Source: Rhodospirillales bacterium (GTDB taxonomy: Bacteria > Pseudomonadota > Alphaproteobacteria > Rhodospirillales > UBA2165). Taken from it: DNA of 64,000 bases. A program made the position numbers and the translations under genes. The DNA lies in the NCBI GenBank assembly GCA_030745835.1, contig JASLNU010000016.1:40945-104944 (forward strand). The letters are read 5' to 3'. A model generated the notes under the pieces. The model saw nothing but the letters and a program-made list of their open reading frames with translations. It did not search any database and was not told the DNA's origin. Below, piece by piece: positions 9,603-18,648 of this stretch (positions are counted from its first letter, which is position 1; each line of letters starts with the position of its first letter).

Positions 9603-11171
9603 CTAGATAGCCTCGAATTCGGTTTCACTGTTTCCGTCCCGCGCCGCTTCGGCGGCGCCGTGCAGATCGCGGCGCAGCACCTTGCCCGCCGCGTTGCGCG
9701 GCAAGGCATCGAAGAACATATAGGCTTTCGGCCGCTTGAACCCGGCCAGCCCGCTGGCCCGCAGGTGCGCGTCCAATTGATCGGCGCTAGAACCGGCATC
9801 GCCCGCCACCACGCAGGCGACGACCATCTGTCCCCATTTGGCGTCGCTGATGCCGATCACGGCGGCGTCGGTCACGCCGGCATGGCTGATCAGCACCGGT
9901 TCCACCTCGGACGGGTGGATATGCTCACCGCCCGAGCGGATCATGTCGTCCGAGCGGCCGATCAGATCGACATCGCCATCGTCATGCAGGAGGCAAATAT
10001 CGCCGGTGTAATACCATCCGTCCCGCAGCTTTTCCGCCGTCACTTCGGGCCGGTTCAGATATTCGCTGAAAACAGTGTCGCTGCCGGCATCGACGATCAA
10101 TTCGCCTTCTTCGCCGGCGGCCACCACATCGTCCGGTCCGCCGTCCAATTCGATGACCCGGGTGCGCGAATAGAAACCCGGGCGCAGCCGCCTATGCCGG
10201 CCGACCGGATCGGGGTTGTAGAGCGAGCACATGGTTTCCGTGGTGCCGTAGATGTGGCGCACGACACCGCCCCATTCGGCGTCCATCCGTTGCAAAAGCG
10301 GCGGCACGATTTCCGCCCCGCCATAGAGAACCAGTTGCAGCGAACGCATTTTTTCAGGCGCGTAATTGGGCGCCGAGACAATAGCGAAATAAAGCTGCGG
10401 TACGGCGAACATGTAGGTGATCCCCAGTTCTTCCACCATCTCGTTGGCGGTAACCGGGTTGAAGGCGGATTGAACGAAATAGGTGCCGTTCATGGCCAGG
10501 GTCACCAGGAACACGCCATAAAACCCGATGGCATGGCTGAGCGGCATGAAGCCGAGGGTGCGCAAATGGCTGCCGTGGCGCAGCCCCGCCTGTGTCGAAA
10601 GCCAGAGTATGCGATGCTCGGTCGTGCGCTGGCTCAGCACCACGCCCTTGGGCAGGCCGGTGGTGCCCGACGTGTAGAAGACAAAGGCCGGATCTTCCCG
10701 CGCCAGTTCGGGAAGCGGGCCGAGCGCCCCGGCATCGCTCCGGCAATCGCCGAACGACGTGCCCTCGCTCCGATCCGCGCTCATGGTCAGGATCATGGCG
10801 TCATCGGCCAAGGCCGCGGAAACTTCGGCGGCCAGGTCTTCATCGGGCAGGAGCACCGCGGCCTCGATGCCGCCATCGGCAATCAAGGCTGCGATATCAC
10901 CGGCGGTCAGGCGGAAATTAAGGAGCGCCGGAACCGCGCCCAGCCGTTGCAGCGCCAACAACAGGACCGCGTGATCGAACAGCGGCGGCAAGGCGGTGGC
11001 GACGCGCGTTCCCCTGCCGATGCCGCGTTCCGCCAGGCCGGCCGCGACCATCTCCACCTCGGCGATAAGCTGCGCGTAGGTGAATTGCCTATCGCTGATA
11101 TCATCGACCATGGCCGGCCGGTCGGGCGAGCGTTCGGCGGCCAGCCAGACTAGCTGGTAACAGGTCTGCAT
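9603..11171 (-). CDS. AMP-dependent aryl/acyl-CoA ligase (4-chlorobenzoate/benzoate-CoA-ligase-like)
   Basis: 522 aa with motifs '[13 protein letters not shown]', 'YGTTE', 'YYTGDICLLHDDGDVDLIGRSDD' and 'PRNAAGKVLR'. Confidence 0.85.
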   Translation of the reverse strand: MQTCYQLVWLAAERSPDRPAMVDDISDRQFTYAQLIAEVEMVAAGLAERGIGRGTRVATALPPLFDHAVLLLALQRLGAVPALLNFRLTAGDIAALIADGGIEAAVLLPDEDLAAEVSAALADDAMILTMSADRSEGTSFGDCRSDAGALGPLPELAREDPAFVFYTSGTTGLPKGVVLSQRTTEHRILWLSTQAGLRHGSHLRTLGFMPLSHAIGFYGVFLVTLAMNGTYFVQSAFNPVTANEMVEELGITYMFAVPQLYFAIVSAPNYAPEKMRSLQLVLYGGAEIVPPLLQRMDAEWGGVVRHIYGTTETMCSLYNPDPVGRHRRLRPGFYSRTRVIELDGGPDDVVAAGEEGELIVDAGSDTVFSEYLNRPEVTAEKLRDGWYYTGDICLLHDDGDVDLIGRSDDMIRSGGEHIHPSEVEPVLISHAGVTDAAVIGISDAKWGQMVVACVVAGDAGSSADQLDAHLRASGLAGFKRPKAYMFFDALPRNAAGKVLRRDLHGAAEAARDGNSETEFEAI

Positions 11172-11189
11172 GGCAGGGTTCCTAGTTCC

Positions 11190-11510
11190 TCATGTCTCAT
11201 CGGGCCGGTAGCGCTTGCCGCCGCCCAGTTTATAAATCCGCTTGTAGTGCCCGGTGTTGAAGCGCCGGCCCTCGACCAGGGTGCGGATGAAGGTCACTTG
11301 CTCGACTTCCAGGTTCAAGCGCTCGGCAATCTCGCCATCGGTCAGGCCCATGCCTTCGCGGCCCGCTTCGATGGCGTCCCAATCGAGGCCGCGGACCGGG
11401 TCGCCGAGCCGGGTCTGCTTGTTGTGGCTCAGATCGAATATCTGATTGCCCAGTTCCGCGACCATGTCCTCAGATACCCCATACTGTTCATGGAAACTGG
11501 TTTCGGCCAT
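11190..11510 (-). CDS. Small (106-aa) hypothetical protein with a possible HTH segment
   Basis: The ATG at 11510 overlaps the upstream stop by 1 nt (TGATG). The segment 'GLTDGEIAERLNLEVEQVTFIR' resembles a sigma-70 region 4 / LuxR-type helix-turn-helix. The longer track ORF (to 11609) would run into the upstream gene. Confidence 0.5.
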   Translation of the reverse strand: MAETSFHEQYGVSEDMVAELGNQIFDLSHNKQTRLGDPVRGLDWDAIEAGREGMGLTDGEIAERLNLEVEQVTFIRTLVEGRRFNTGHYKRIYKLGGGKRYRPDET

Positions 11511-12439
11511 CACGCACCTCCTTTTTCGAGGTCCGCCTGGGCCCGGCGGATGGGATCGGCCAATGGCGCCTTGGTGGCGATCGGACAGACCCGCATGCAT
11601 TCGAAGCATTGCGCCAATAGCCCGCCGCTGCCCACCGACATCTTGTACCAGAGGGTCTTGTTTTCGGGCCGGTGCAGCATGGCGCTCCGCTCTTCCGGAG
11701 TTCCGGCGTTCATGGCGCCGGCCAGGACCGAGGCCAGGGTTTCATATTGCTGGGTCATTTCGGCGCAGGCGGCCATCTCGTAATTCATTTCCGTCTGATT
11801 GCCGGCGTCGTCGATGCTACCATCCAGGCATTGCACCGGGCAGAACTTCATGCACGGCGTCTTACCGATTTGTTTGTACATTTGGGCGCAGGAGGTTGCC
11901 GGGCAGGGGTTTTCGGTCATCGGCGCATCGGGCGGCAGCTCCAGTTCGGTGAAAACCGAGGCGAAATACATGTAGCCGTATTCGGGATGCAGCAGAATAT
12001 CGCCGGCCAGGGAACGGGCGCCGATGCCGGCCAGTTCGGCATGCAGCTTGATGCTTTGCAGCGGCACCCTGGAGCCCAGTTCCGGATCGATGTCCGGCGG
12101 ACAATAGACCGAGCGCGCCAGGTACGCCCGCTCGACCATGAACGCCAATCCGTAGGCGATGGAGTAGGCACGGCCCTCGGTTGAGCCGAAAAAGGTCAAG
12201 GCCTTGGCCGGCACGGTCCAGGCGCCTTGCGTCTGGCCGCCGACGCCGAGTGAGATCACCGATTTGACCCTCGGCATCAGATCGCTCGGCCGGTGGCCGG
12301 CGGGCGCGATGCGTTCGATGGCGTCCAGATCGGCAACCCCCGCCGCCAGCGCGCCTTTTTTCAGGCAATAGCCGAGGATCGCTTCCTTGGCCTCATTGGG
12401 ATCCAGGGGGGAATCGATGTCTATTTGGTTTTTTGCCAT
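11510..12439 (-). CDS. QueG/RdhA-superfamily-like iron-sulfur protein, paralog A
   Basis: 309 aa with 'HAELAGIGARSLAGDILLHPEYGYMYF' (compare the QueG core AGLG..GKN..LI..), a Cys-rich block 'CPATSCAQMYKQIGKTPCMKFCPVQC' and a distal 'CFECMRVCPI'. Confidence 0.55.
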   Translation of the reverse strand: MAKNQIDIDSPLDPNEAKEAILGYCLKKGALAAGVADLDAIERIAPAGHRPSDLMPRVKSVISLGVGGQTQGAWTVPAKALTFFGSTEGRAYSIAYGLAFMVERAYLARSVYCPPDIDPELGSRVPLQSIKLHAELAGIGARSLAGDILLHPEYGYMYFASVFTELELPPDAPMTENPCPATSCAQMYKQIGKTPCMKFCPVQCLDGSIDDAGNQTEMNYEMAACAEMTQQYETLASVLAGAMNAGTPEERSAMLHRPENKTLWYKMSVGSGGLLAQCFECMRVCPIATKAPLADPIRRAQADLEKGGA

Positions 12440-12440
12440 C

Positions 12441-13754
12441 TCAGCCGCGCCTGTCGACGAAACGGGGCGCCTTGACGCTGGTTTCGAATTCCTTGGCCAG
12501 GGTTCCCACCTCCAGGAATTCCACCTCGGGGGTCAGCTCGAACTTGATCTTGGTCTCTTCGATGACCGTTGCCCGCAACTGGTCCTCGTCGACGCCCCGG
12601 CGCGCTTCGACGGAAATTTTGAACACGTCATTTCCGTCCTGGCTTTCCAGCGCCTCGGCCTTGAAATCGTTGACCGCCACGTTTTCGAACAGGAAATCTT
12701 CCAGATCCTGGTGGTTGATATTGACGCCGCGCACCTTGAAGAAGCCGGCCGTGCGGTGGGCGTGCTCAATCACCGGGAAGACGGCGAAATCGCTCCCGGT
12801 TGCGCCCTCGCTTTTATAGGTGACGATGTCGGCCGCGTTCCAGCGCAAGAACGGCGCGCCGTTGTTGGAAAACAGCGGCGTGACGATCAACAGCCCGGGC
12901 TCGCCCTCGGCCACCGGCTTTTTGGTTTCCTCGTCGACCACCTCGATATAGGCGAGGTCGGTCCAGATATGAAAGCCGTCGCGGGCCTCGCTTTCGGCGC
13001 CCATCATCGAGCATTCGGTCATCCCGAAACAATCGAACATGTCGGCGCCCCATTCCCGTTCCAGCTTGTCGCGCTTGGCCCTCGATACCGGCTCGGCGGT
13101 GCACAGGATGCGGTTCACGCTGCCGCCCGCAAGATCATAGCCTTCCGCTTGCGCCAGGTTGGCCAGGTGCAGGCCGTAGGAGGACATGCCCATCCACAAT
13201 GTCGGTTTCAGGGACCGGATCAGCTCCAATTGCGTCGCCGACGGCAACGCCGCGCCGGCGCCGGCCCAGACCATGCCGATATCGAGGATGCGCCCGGCCC
13301 GCGCCCACATATGCCCCGCCGGATGGATGCCGAGGGGAAAAGAGAGATGCGCCACATGCCCGGCATCGGTGCCCGTACATGCGAAGGTGCGGGTGAAACC
13401 GACCATGTTGTAGCGGATGTCCTCGTAGGTTTTGGGGTAAAACAAAGGTTTGCCGGTGGCTCCGCCGGAACGCCAGAACTCGCAAATCTCAGGCCCGCCG
13501 GCGATGCAGAAATCGGCGTAGAATTCCTCGGCCGACATTTGGCGAAGCACGTCCTTTTCCAGGATCGGAATCTTCTGCCATTCCTCGGGATCGTCCAGCT
13601 TGTTCATATCGATGCCCGACAGCTTGTCCTTCCAGAAGGCCGATTTTTTCGCATTCTCCACCGCCTTCACCTTCTGGCGGCGTTGGATGTCTTCGATTTC
13701 CCTGCGATCCCTGGGCAGGGCCAGGGGCAGGGTTTCGATTGGGGCTAAGGTCAT
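12441..13754 (-). CDS. Phenylacetate-CoA ligase (PaaK)/coenzyme F390 synthetase-family adenylating enzyme
   Basis: 437 aa with 'WRSGGATGKP', 'GMTE', and the PaaK-style C-terminal small domain ('FKVRGVNINHQDLEDFL...'). ATGA overlap with the upstream gene at 13751-13754. Confidence 0.8.
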   Translation of the reverse strand: MTLAPIETLPLALPRDRREIEDIQRRQKVKAVENAKKSAFWKDKLSGIDMNKLDDPEEWQKIPILEKDVLRQMSAEEFYADFCIAGGPEICEFWRSGGATGKPLFYPKTYEDIRYNMVGFTRTFACTGTDAGHVAHLSFPLGIHPAGHMWARAGRILDIGMVWAGAGAALPSATQLELIRSLKPTLWMGMSSYGLHLANLAQAEGYDLAGGSVNRILCTAEPVSRAKRDKLEREWGADMFDCFGMTECSMMGAESEARDGFHIWTDLAYIEVVDEETKKPVAEGEPGLLIVTPLFSNNGAPFLRWNAADIVTYKSEGATGSDFAVFPVIEHAHRTAGFFKVRGVNINHQDLEDFLFENVAVNDFKAEALESQDGNDVFKISVEARRGVDEDQLRATVIEETKIKFELTPEVEFLEVGTLAKEFETSVKAPRFVDRRG

Positions 13755-14740
13755 GCTGACTTCTCTCCGATCCAGCGTGCCTGGGCCTGATATCCGTCAG
13801 GCATGTTACCAGCCGCCTCGGCGGCTTTCATGTCCTCTAGGCGGGCGTCTTTTTCCGGGCTGGCTTCGGGGATTTCCTCAAGGGCATCCTTCAGCATCGC
13901 ATCATAGTCGTCGCCCGCCGGGCAGACATCCTGGCAGCGGCGGCAGCCGGTCACGACACCGGCGCCGCGCAGGATGCTTTGCCACAAATTGAAGCTCTCT
14001 TCCGAGCGCAGCATAGCCAAGCGCTCCTCCAGGTCCGGCGCATCGAAGATGTTGCCGAGATGCTCGGTCAATTGGGCGAAGCCGTGCGGCGAGCGGTAGC
14101 GGTCGCAAGCCGGCCAGTCGCGCTGCCAATGGCCGATGACATCGCCGGGGCAGGCGGCAAGGCAGCGCCCGCATTCGGGGCCGGGGCAAAGGGCGTCCGT
14201 CCGGCGTTTATCGGTTTCGCAATCGAACGAAGACAGTATGGCCGACAGCATCACCCGCGGCCCGAATTCGGGGGTCAGGAGTTGCAGATTGAGCCCCAGG
14301 GTGCCGAGCCCCGCTTCCACCGCGGCGTGGTTCAGGGACAAAAGCGTCGTCAGATGTTCGCCCGGATCGTTCTGGTAACGCCAAGGATCGACATGGGTCG
14401 GCGGAATGATGATCGCCGGATAACCGTTGTCTTCCAGCCAATAGACGATGTCGAGGGAGGTTTCCTCGAGCGCCGTCAGGGTCAGTTCGTCATTGTAATA
14501 TTTGTGGCGTTCGTCCCAGCGGGCGATGCGCGAGGTGCCGGCGGTCAGTTTCTTGGCGATGATAATCACCTTGCCGGCATCGTAATCGGTGATGTCGGAG
14601 GGGCGGCGCTGATCGTCGGCGCCCGGCGGGTTGGCCTCAAGCTCCATGCCGTCGGCGATGCCGACCAGATCGGCGCCGAATTCCATGGCCTTGGATTTGA
14701 CCGCCTCGGCGCTGATCGGGGTTTGAAATTCAGAAACCAT
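13751..14740 (-). CDS. QueG/RdhA-superfamily-like iron-sulfur protein, paralog B
   Basis: I prefer the ATG at 14740 (MVSEFQTPISAEAVKSKAMEFGADLVGIADG) because GAGGAGGA lies upstream. Core 'NHAAVEAGLGTLGLNLQLLTPEFGPRV', clusters 'CPGPECGRCLAACPGD' and 'CRRCQDVCPAG'. Confidence 0.6.
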   Translation of the reverse strand: MVSEFQTPISAEAVKSKAMEFGADLVGIADGMELEANPPGADDQRRPSDITDYDAGKVIIIAKKLTAGTSRIARWDERHKYYNDELTLTALEETSLDIVYWLEDNGYPAIIIPPTHVDPWRYQNDPGEHLTTLLSLNHAAVEAGLGTLGLNLQLLTPEFGPRVMLSAILSSFDCETDKRRTDALCPGPECGRCLAACPGDVIGHWQRDWPACDRYRSPHGFAQLTEHLGNIFDAPDLEERLAMLRSEESFNLWQSILRGAGVVTGCRRCQDVCPAGDDYDAMLKDALEEIPEASPEKDARLEDMKAAEAAGNMPDGYQAQARWIGEKSA

Positions 14741-14744
14741 GCAC

Positions 14745-15758
14745 TTAATCCTCCTCACCGGCGCGTTCTTTTTGGCGCTTTTTGAATTCCTGTAGCTGGC
14801 GGGCGACGATGCCCTGATAGCCGTCCGGCCCGACCCAGCGCAGGTTCCATTCATTCAGCCCGGCGATCTCGGCGCCGCTCTTGCGCGCTTCCTTGAAGCC
14901 AGCCGCCTTGGTCTTTTTCTCGGGCGTCATTTCCGGGATCACCTTTTGCATTTTGGCCAGGTGCGCGTGGTAATCGTTGCCCACCGGACAGACGGCGAGG
15001 CAGCGCGGGCAATCGCCGAACGAGCCGACGACCCGCAGGAGACCCTGCCAGAAGCCGAATATTTCCCGGTCGGCGAGCAGCGCCTTCTGCTCGGCGGCCG
15101 GCTTTTGCGCATATTCCTCCCAGAAGCGGAGGATGGTGTGGAAGCCGAATTCCTGGGCCTCGGTGGCGCAATTGCGCTTGTCGATGCCGAAATGGCGGAC
15201 CGCGTCGGAGGGGCAGGAATAGAGGCAGCGGGAACAGCTTTCGCCGATGCAGACCTGTTCGCTCATCGGCGCATCGGCGTCCAATTCGGCTTCGGTCAGG
15301 ATGCCCGTCAGGTAAAGGCGCGGGCCGAATTCGGGAGTCAGGATATTGACCTCCAGCCCGAAGGTGCCGAGCCCGGCTTCAATCCCGAGATGGCGGGTCG
15401 AAAGCCTGCCGTAGCTGGCTTTCTTGTAGCTCCAATCGGTTTCCTGGCCGGCGGTGACAAAGCTCGGATGGCCGTCCCGTTCCAAAGCCTCGGCGATGCG
15501 GTAGGCGATGCGGTCCATGCGCCGGAGCACCATCATATCCATATATTGGACCGGCACCGTCGTCTTGCAGCGAAAAGCCCCAACCGGAATACGCTTGACG
15601 ATGACGACGACGCTTTTGACGTGCGGCGAGATGCGTTCCGGCGTCTGCGGGAACTTGGGATCGGGCGGCAAGGCGTTGAGTATGTCGGCGCCGGCGATGC
15701 CGACCAGGTCGGCGCCCAGTTCCTTGGCCAGGTTTTTTACCGCCGCCGCGTCCATCAT
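14745..15758 (-). CDS. QueG/RdhA-superfamily-like iron-sulfur protein, paralog C
   Basis: I prefer the ATG at 15758 (MMDAAAVKNLAKELGADLVGIAG), which forms an ATGA overlap with the upstream ligase stop. Core 'TRHLGIEAGLGTFGLEVNILTPEFGPRL', clusters 'CIGESCSRCLYSCPSDA' and 'CPRCLAVCPVG'. Confidence 0.6.
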   Translation of the reverse strand: MMDAAAVKNLAKELGADLVGIAGADILNALPPDPKFPQTPERISPHVKSVVVIVKRIPVGAFRCKTTVPVQYMDMMVLRRMDRIAYRIAEALERDGHPSFVTAGQETDWSYKKASYGRLSTRHLGIEAGLGTFGLEVNILTPEFGPRLYLTGILTEAELDADAPMSEQVCIGESCSRCLYSCPSDAVRHFGIDKRNCATEAQEFGFHTILRFWEEYAQKPAAEQKALLADREIFGFWQGLLRVVGSFGDCPRCLAVCPVGNDYHAHLAKMQKVIPEMTPEKKTKAAGFKEARKSGAEIAGLNEWNLRWVGPDGYQGIVARQLQEFKKRQKERAGEED

Positions 15759-17401
15759 CCGCCCGCCGGCTTGAGCCGGCCTTTCATGACCTTGTTGGTG
15801 GGCGTCAGCGGAAAAGACTCCACCAGCTCTAGATGCTCCGGCCATTTGTTCTTGGCCATCTGGTTGGCGTCCAGGAACGCGGTGATGGTTTCGAGGCTCA
15901 CATCAGCGCCGGCGGCGGGTTGCACGAAGACACAGGCGCGCTCGCCCAGAACCGAATCCTTCATGGGCACGATGGCGCATATCGCGACATCATCCATCTT
16001 GCCGATCAATGCCTCCACATCGGCGGGGTTGAATTTGACGCCACCGCGGTTGATCACGTCCTTGGTGCGCCCGGTGATGCGGAGGTAGCCGTCCCCGTCG
16101 ATGGTCGCAAGATCCCCCGTATGGAACCAGCCATCGGTGAAGGATTGGTCATTGGCCTCAATGTTATTGTAATAGCCGGGGAATACGGACGAGCCCCTGA
16201 TCTGCAATTCGCCCTCTTCGCCGGTTCCAAGGCGCGCACCGTCATCGCCGACGACGCAGATTTCGTTTCCGGGCGTTACCAGGCCGACCGTGTCGTACCG
16301 GTTGCGTGGGCTATCGCCGGGCCGGTTATAGGTGCCCGCCTGCAATTCGGTCATGCCCCAAAGCTGTAGAAACTGGCCACCCGGCAGTTGACCGTCCACA
16401 TATTCGGCCAGATCGGACGGACATGAACTGCCCGAACAAATTACCAGCCGGACCGAGCTTAAATCGGCGCCTTCATATAATCCCGCTTTCTGGCAGGCGG
16501 CGTGATGGGCGGGGCCGGTGAACAGCACGCTGGCCTGACCCTCGGCCACGGCGGCGACGAAATCGGGCGGCGTGAAGGCGGGCAGCACATAGGTGGTGAC
16601 GCCGGCGCAAAGACCGATCTGCAGCGAAAACAGCCCGTAAAGATGGCTGAAGGGCGCCGGGCTGAGGATGACGTCGTCATCGCTGATCTGGAATTCCTTG
16701 ACCGAATGGCGGGCGTTGGAGCCGAACGGATGGGCGCTGACCGCAACCCCCTTGGGGCTGGAAGTGGTGCCCGAAGTATAGAGGATCACATGGGGATCGT
16801 CCGGCGACGGCCGGCGACTGGGCGGCGCTGTGCCGGTCCCAAAAAGGTCAGAATAAGAAACGGCTCCTTCCGTTGGTTCGCCGAGGGCGAACACATGATC
16901 CAGGTGCGCCAGTTTATCCTTCAAGCCCACATGGACCTCGGCCAGCGGATAATCCTTGAACCGGGCAAGGCAGATCACGGCGCGGGCGCCGCTATGGGCC
17001 AACAGCCCTTCCAGTTCGGCGGCCCGGTAAGGGAGGTGAATGGTCTGCATGACCCCGCCGATGCGGGTTATGGCAAGAAATGACAGAATGAATTCCGCCG
17101 TGTTGGGCAATTGGATGGCGATGACATCACCATGGCCGAGACCCATCGCCGTAAAGCCGCCGGCCAAATCGTCTATCTTGGCGTTCAGCTCGGCGAAGGT
17201 GATGGCTGCCCCGCCGCCGGCGATGGCGGTCTGATCGGGCTTGGCGGCGGCGGCGCGCTCGATCCAATCGATCGCGGTCTCGTCCAGCCACAGGCCTGTT
17301 CCCCGGAAATCGCGGTCGGCGTTCTTCCAATATGGCGGAAGTTCGGAGCCTTTCACCGGCGGTGCCTCCCTCTTTTCAGTTATCGCGTCGATGGGTTTCA
17401 T
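15755..17401 (-). CDS. AMP-dependent acyl-CoA synthetase/ligase
   Basis: 548 aa with motifs 'LYTSGTTSSPKGV', 'WGMTE', 'FHTGDLATIDGDGYLRITGRTKD' and 'PTNKVMKGRL'. Confidence 0.85.
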   Translation of the reverse strand: MKPIDAITEKREAPPVKGSELPPYWKNADRDFRGTGLWLDETAIDWIERAAAAKPDQTAIAGGGAAITFAELNAKIDDLAGGFTAMGLGHGDVIAIQLPNTAEFILSFLAITRIGGVMQTIHLPYRAAELEGLLAHSGARAVICLARFKDYPLAEVHVGLKDKLAHLDHVFALGEPTEGAVSYSDLFGTGTAPPSRRPSPDDPHVILYTSGTTSSPKGVAVSAHPFGSNARHSVKEFQISDDDVILSPAPFSHLYGLFSLQIGLCAGVTTYVLPAFTPPDFVAAVAEGQASVLFTGPAHHAACQKAGLYEGADLSSVRLVICSGSSCPSDLAEYVDGQLPGGQFLQLWGMTELQAGTYNRPGDSPRNRYDTVGLVTPGNEICVVGDDGARLGTGEEGELQIRGSSVFPGYYNNIEANDQSFTDGWFHTGDLATIDGDGYLRITGRTKDVINRGGVKFNPADVEALIGKMDDVAICAIVPMKDSVLGERACVFVQPAAGADVSLETITAFLDANQMAKNKWPEHLELVESFPLTPTNKVMKGRLKPAGG

Positions 17402-17551
17402 AGAATGATATTGGCAAGCCGCCCGTCAACCAGCAAATAACGATAATCGCGGGCGGGCGCGGGCTCTGAAATTGAAAGCCGGTGCGTAATTTGCTATCCG
17501 CTCCGATCCCGGAACGGCATGCGGCCTGAATTCGATCGGTAATATCCCTTA
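17402..17551. promoter_or_regulatory. Divergent intergenic region (candidate promoters for the 14-gene minus-strand cluster and for the DMT gene)
   Basis: 150-bp non-coding gap between divergently oriented genes. No consensus elements were identified by eye. Confidence 0.3.
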
Positions 17552-18439
17552 ATGACAAAATCCAGTCCCATGATCGGCGCCTCGCTGATGACCACCGCGT
17601 TGATCTTCAACGGCGTCAAGGACGGTTTCGCCAAGCTTCTTTCGGGCAGCTACGAGCCCTTGATGCTGCTCTGGATGCAGCTTCTGTTTGCCTGCGTGGT
17701 CCTTCTGCCGGTGATCGTGCGCCGCCATGGGGTTTCCATTTTGCTGCCGAAGCCGTTCATGTTGCAGGTCCTGCGGGCGTCGGTTCTGGTCATCGGTGTC
17801 GGCTGCTTCTATTGGTCGCTCCGTTTCATTTCCCTTGCCGACGCCACCGCGATGATCTTCCTGGCGCCGCTGGTGGTGACGGCGCTGTCGCCCCTGGTGT
17901 TGGACGAGGCATTGGGCAAGCGCCGCAGCATCGCCGTGGTTATCGGTTTCCTCGGGATTCTGCTCATTCTCCGCCCCGCTTTCGACGGTGATCCCAAGGG
18001 TTACATGATCGGACTGGCGGCGGGCTTTTCCATCGGCCTTTTCTATATCGCCAACCGCAAGCTGGCCGCCTACACGCCGCAGATCGTGGCCGCCGCCTAT
18101 ACGCCCCTGATCGGCGCGATCCTGGTTGCGCCCCTGGCGCCGCTGTTCTGGACGGCGCCGCTTATCGAGGACGGCGGGTTGATCGTGGCGTTCCTGGTGC
18201 TGGCGACATTGGGCCAGGTGATGATGATCTCGGCCTTCGCCTATGCGCCCGCCAATATCATCGCGCCGTTTCAATATTCACAGATCATCGGGGCGATCGG
18301 CTTCAGCGTCATCGTGTTCAACGATTTCCCCGGTCCCTGGACCTGGTCGGGGATCGCGCTGATCGCCGGCGCCGGCATCTATATCGCCGTCCGCGAAACC
18401 CGCACCAAGGACGGCCAGAAACCCCGGGCGGCCGGTTAA
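17552..18439 (+). CDS. DMT-superfamily (EamA-like) transporter
   Basis: 295 aa with about 10 hydrophobic segments and a two-fold EamA-like organisation. Confidence 0.75.
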   Translation: MTKSSPMIGASLMTTALIFNGVKDGFAKLLSGSYEPLMLLWMQLLFACVVLLPVIVRRHGVSILLPKPFMLQVLRASVLVIGVGCFYWSLRFISLADATAMIFLAPLVVTALSPLVLDEALGKRRSIAVVIGFLGILLILRPAFDGDPKGYMIGLAAGFSIGLFYIANRKLAAYTPQIVAAAYTPLIGAILVAPLAPLFWTAPLIEDGGLIVAFLVLATLGQVMMISAFAYAPANIIAPFQYSQIIGAIGFSVIVFNDFPGPWTWSGIALIAGAGIYIAVRETRTKDGQKPRAAG

Positions 18440-18648
18440 TCCGAAACAGTTGCCGCCCAAGCCAGCATTTCCTCGCCCCACGATTTGGCGGTCGGCGCAT
18501 CGACATCGAGGATGGTAAAGCGCGAACCTTCGCGGATGCGGATGCGCAAAAGCTTGAGCCCGCTTTCGTGGACGACATCTTGCAGCAGCACTTGGCGGCC
18601 ATAGGGCGCCTCGAGCTCGGCTAGGTCTTTGACGTCTTCGCCGGTCAT
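18436..18648 (-). CDS. Small hypothetical protein (70 aa)
   Basis: The ATG at 18648 (MTGEDVKDLAELEAPYG...) overlaps the upstream stop by 1 nt (TGATG). I do not recognise a family. Confidence 0.45.
   Translation of the reverse strand: MTGEDVKDLAELEAPYGRQVLLQDVVHESGLKLLRIRIREGSRFTILDVDAPTAKSWGEEMLAWAATVSD

Noticed and set aside
9597-13748. Long plus-strand ORFs 9597-11153 (518 aa) and 12387-13748 (453 aa)
   Set aside because: They are antisense to an aryl-CoA ligase and to the PaaK-like gene respectively. They have no motifs and are GC-driven open frames.
17549-18274. 241-aa His/Arg/Gln/Asp-rich minus-strand ORF
   Set aside because: It is antisense to the DMT transporter, which has a clear membrane-protein profile. 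The ORF's composition is implausible for a real protein.
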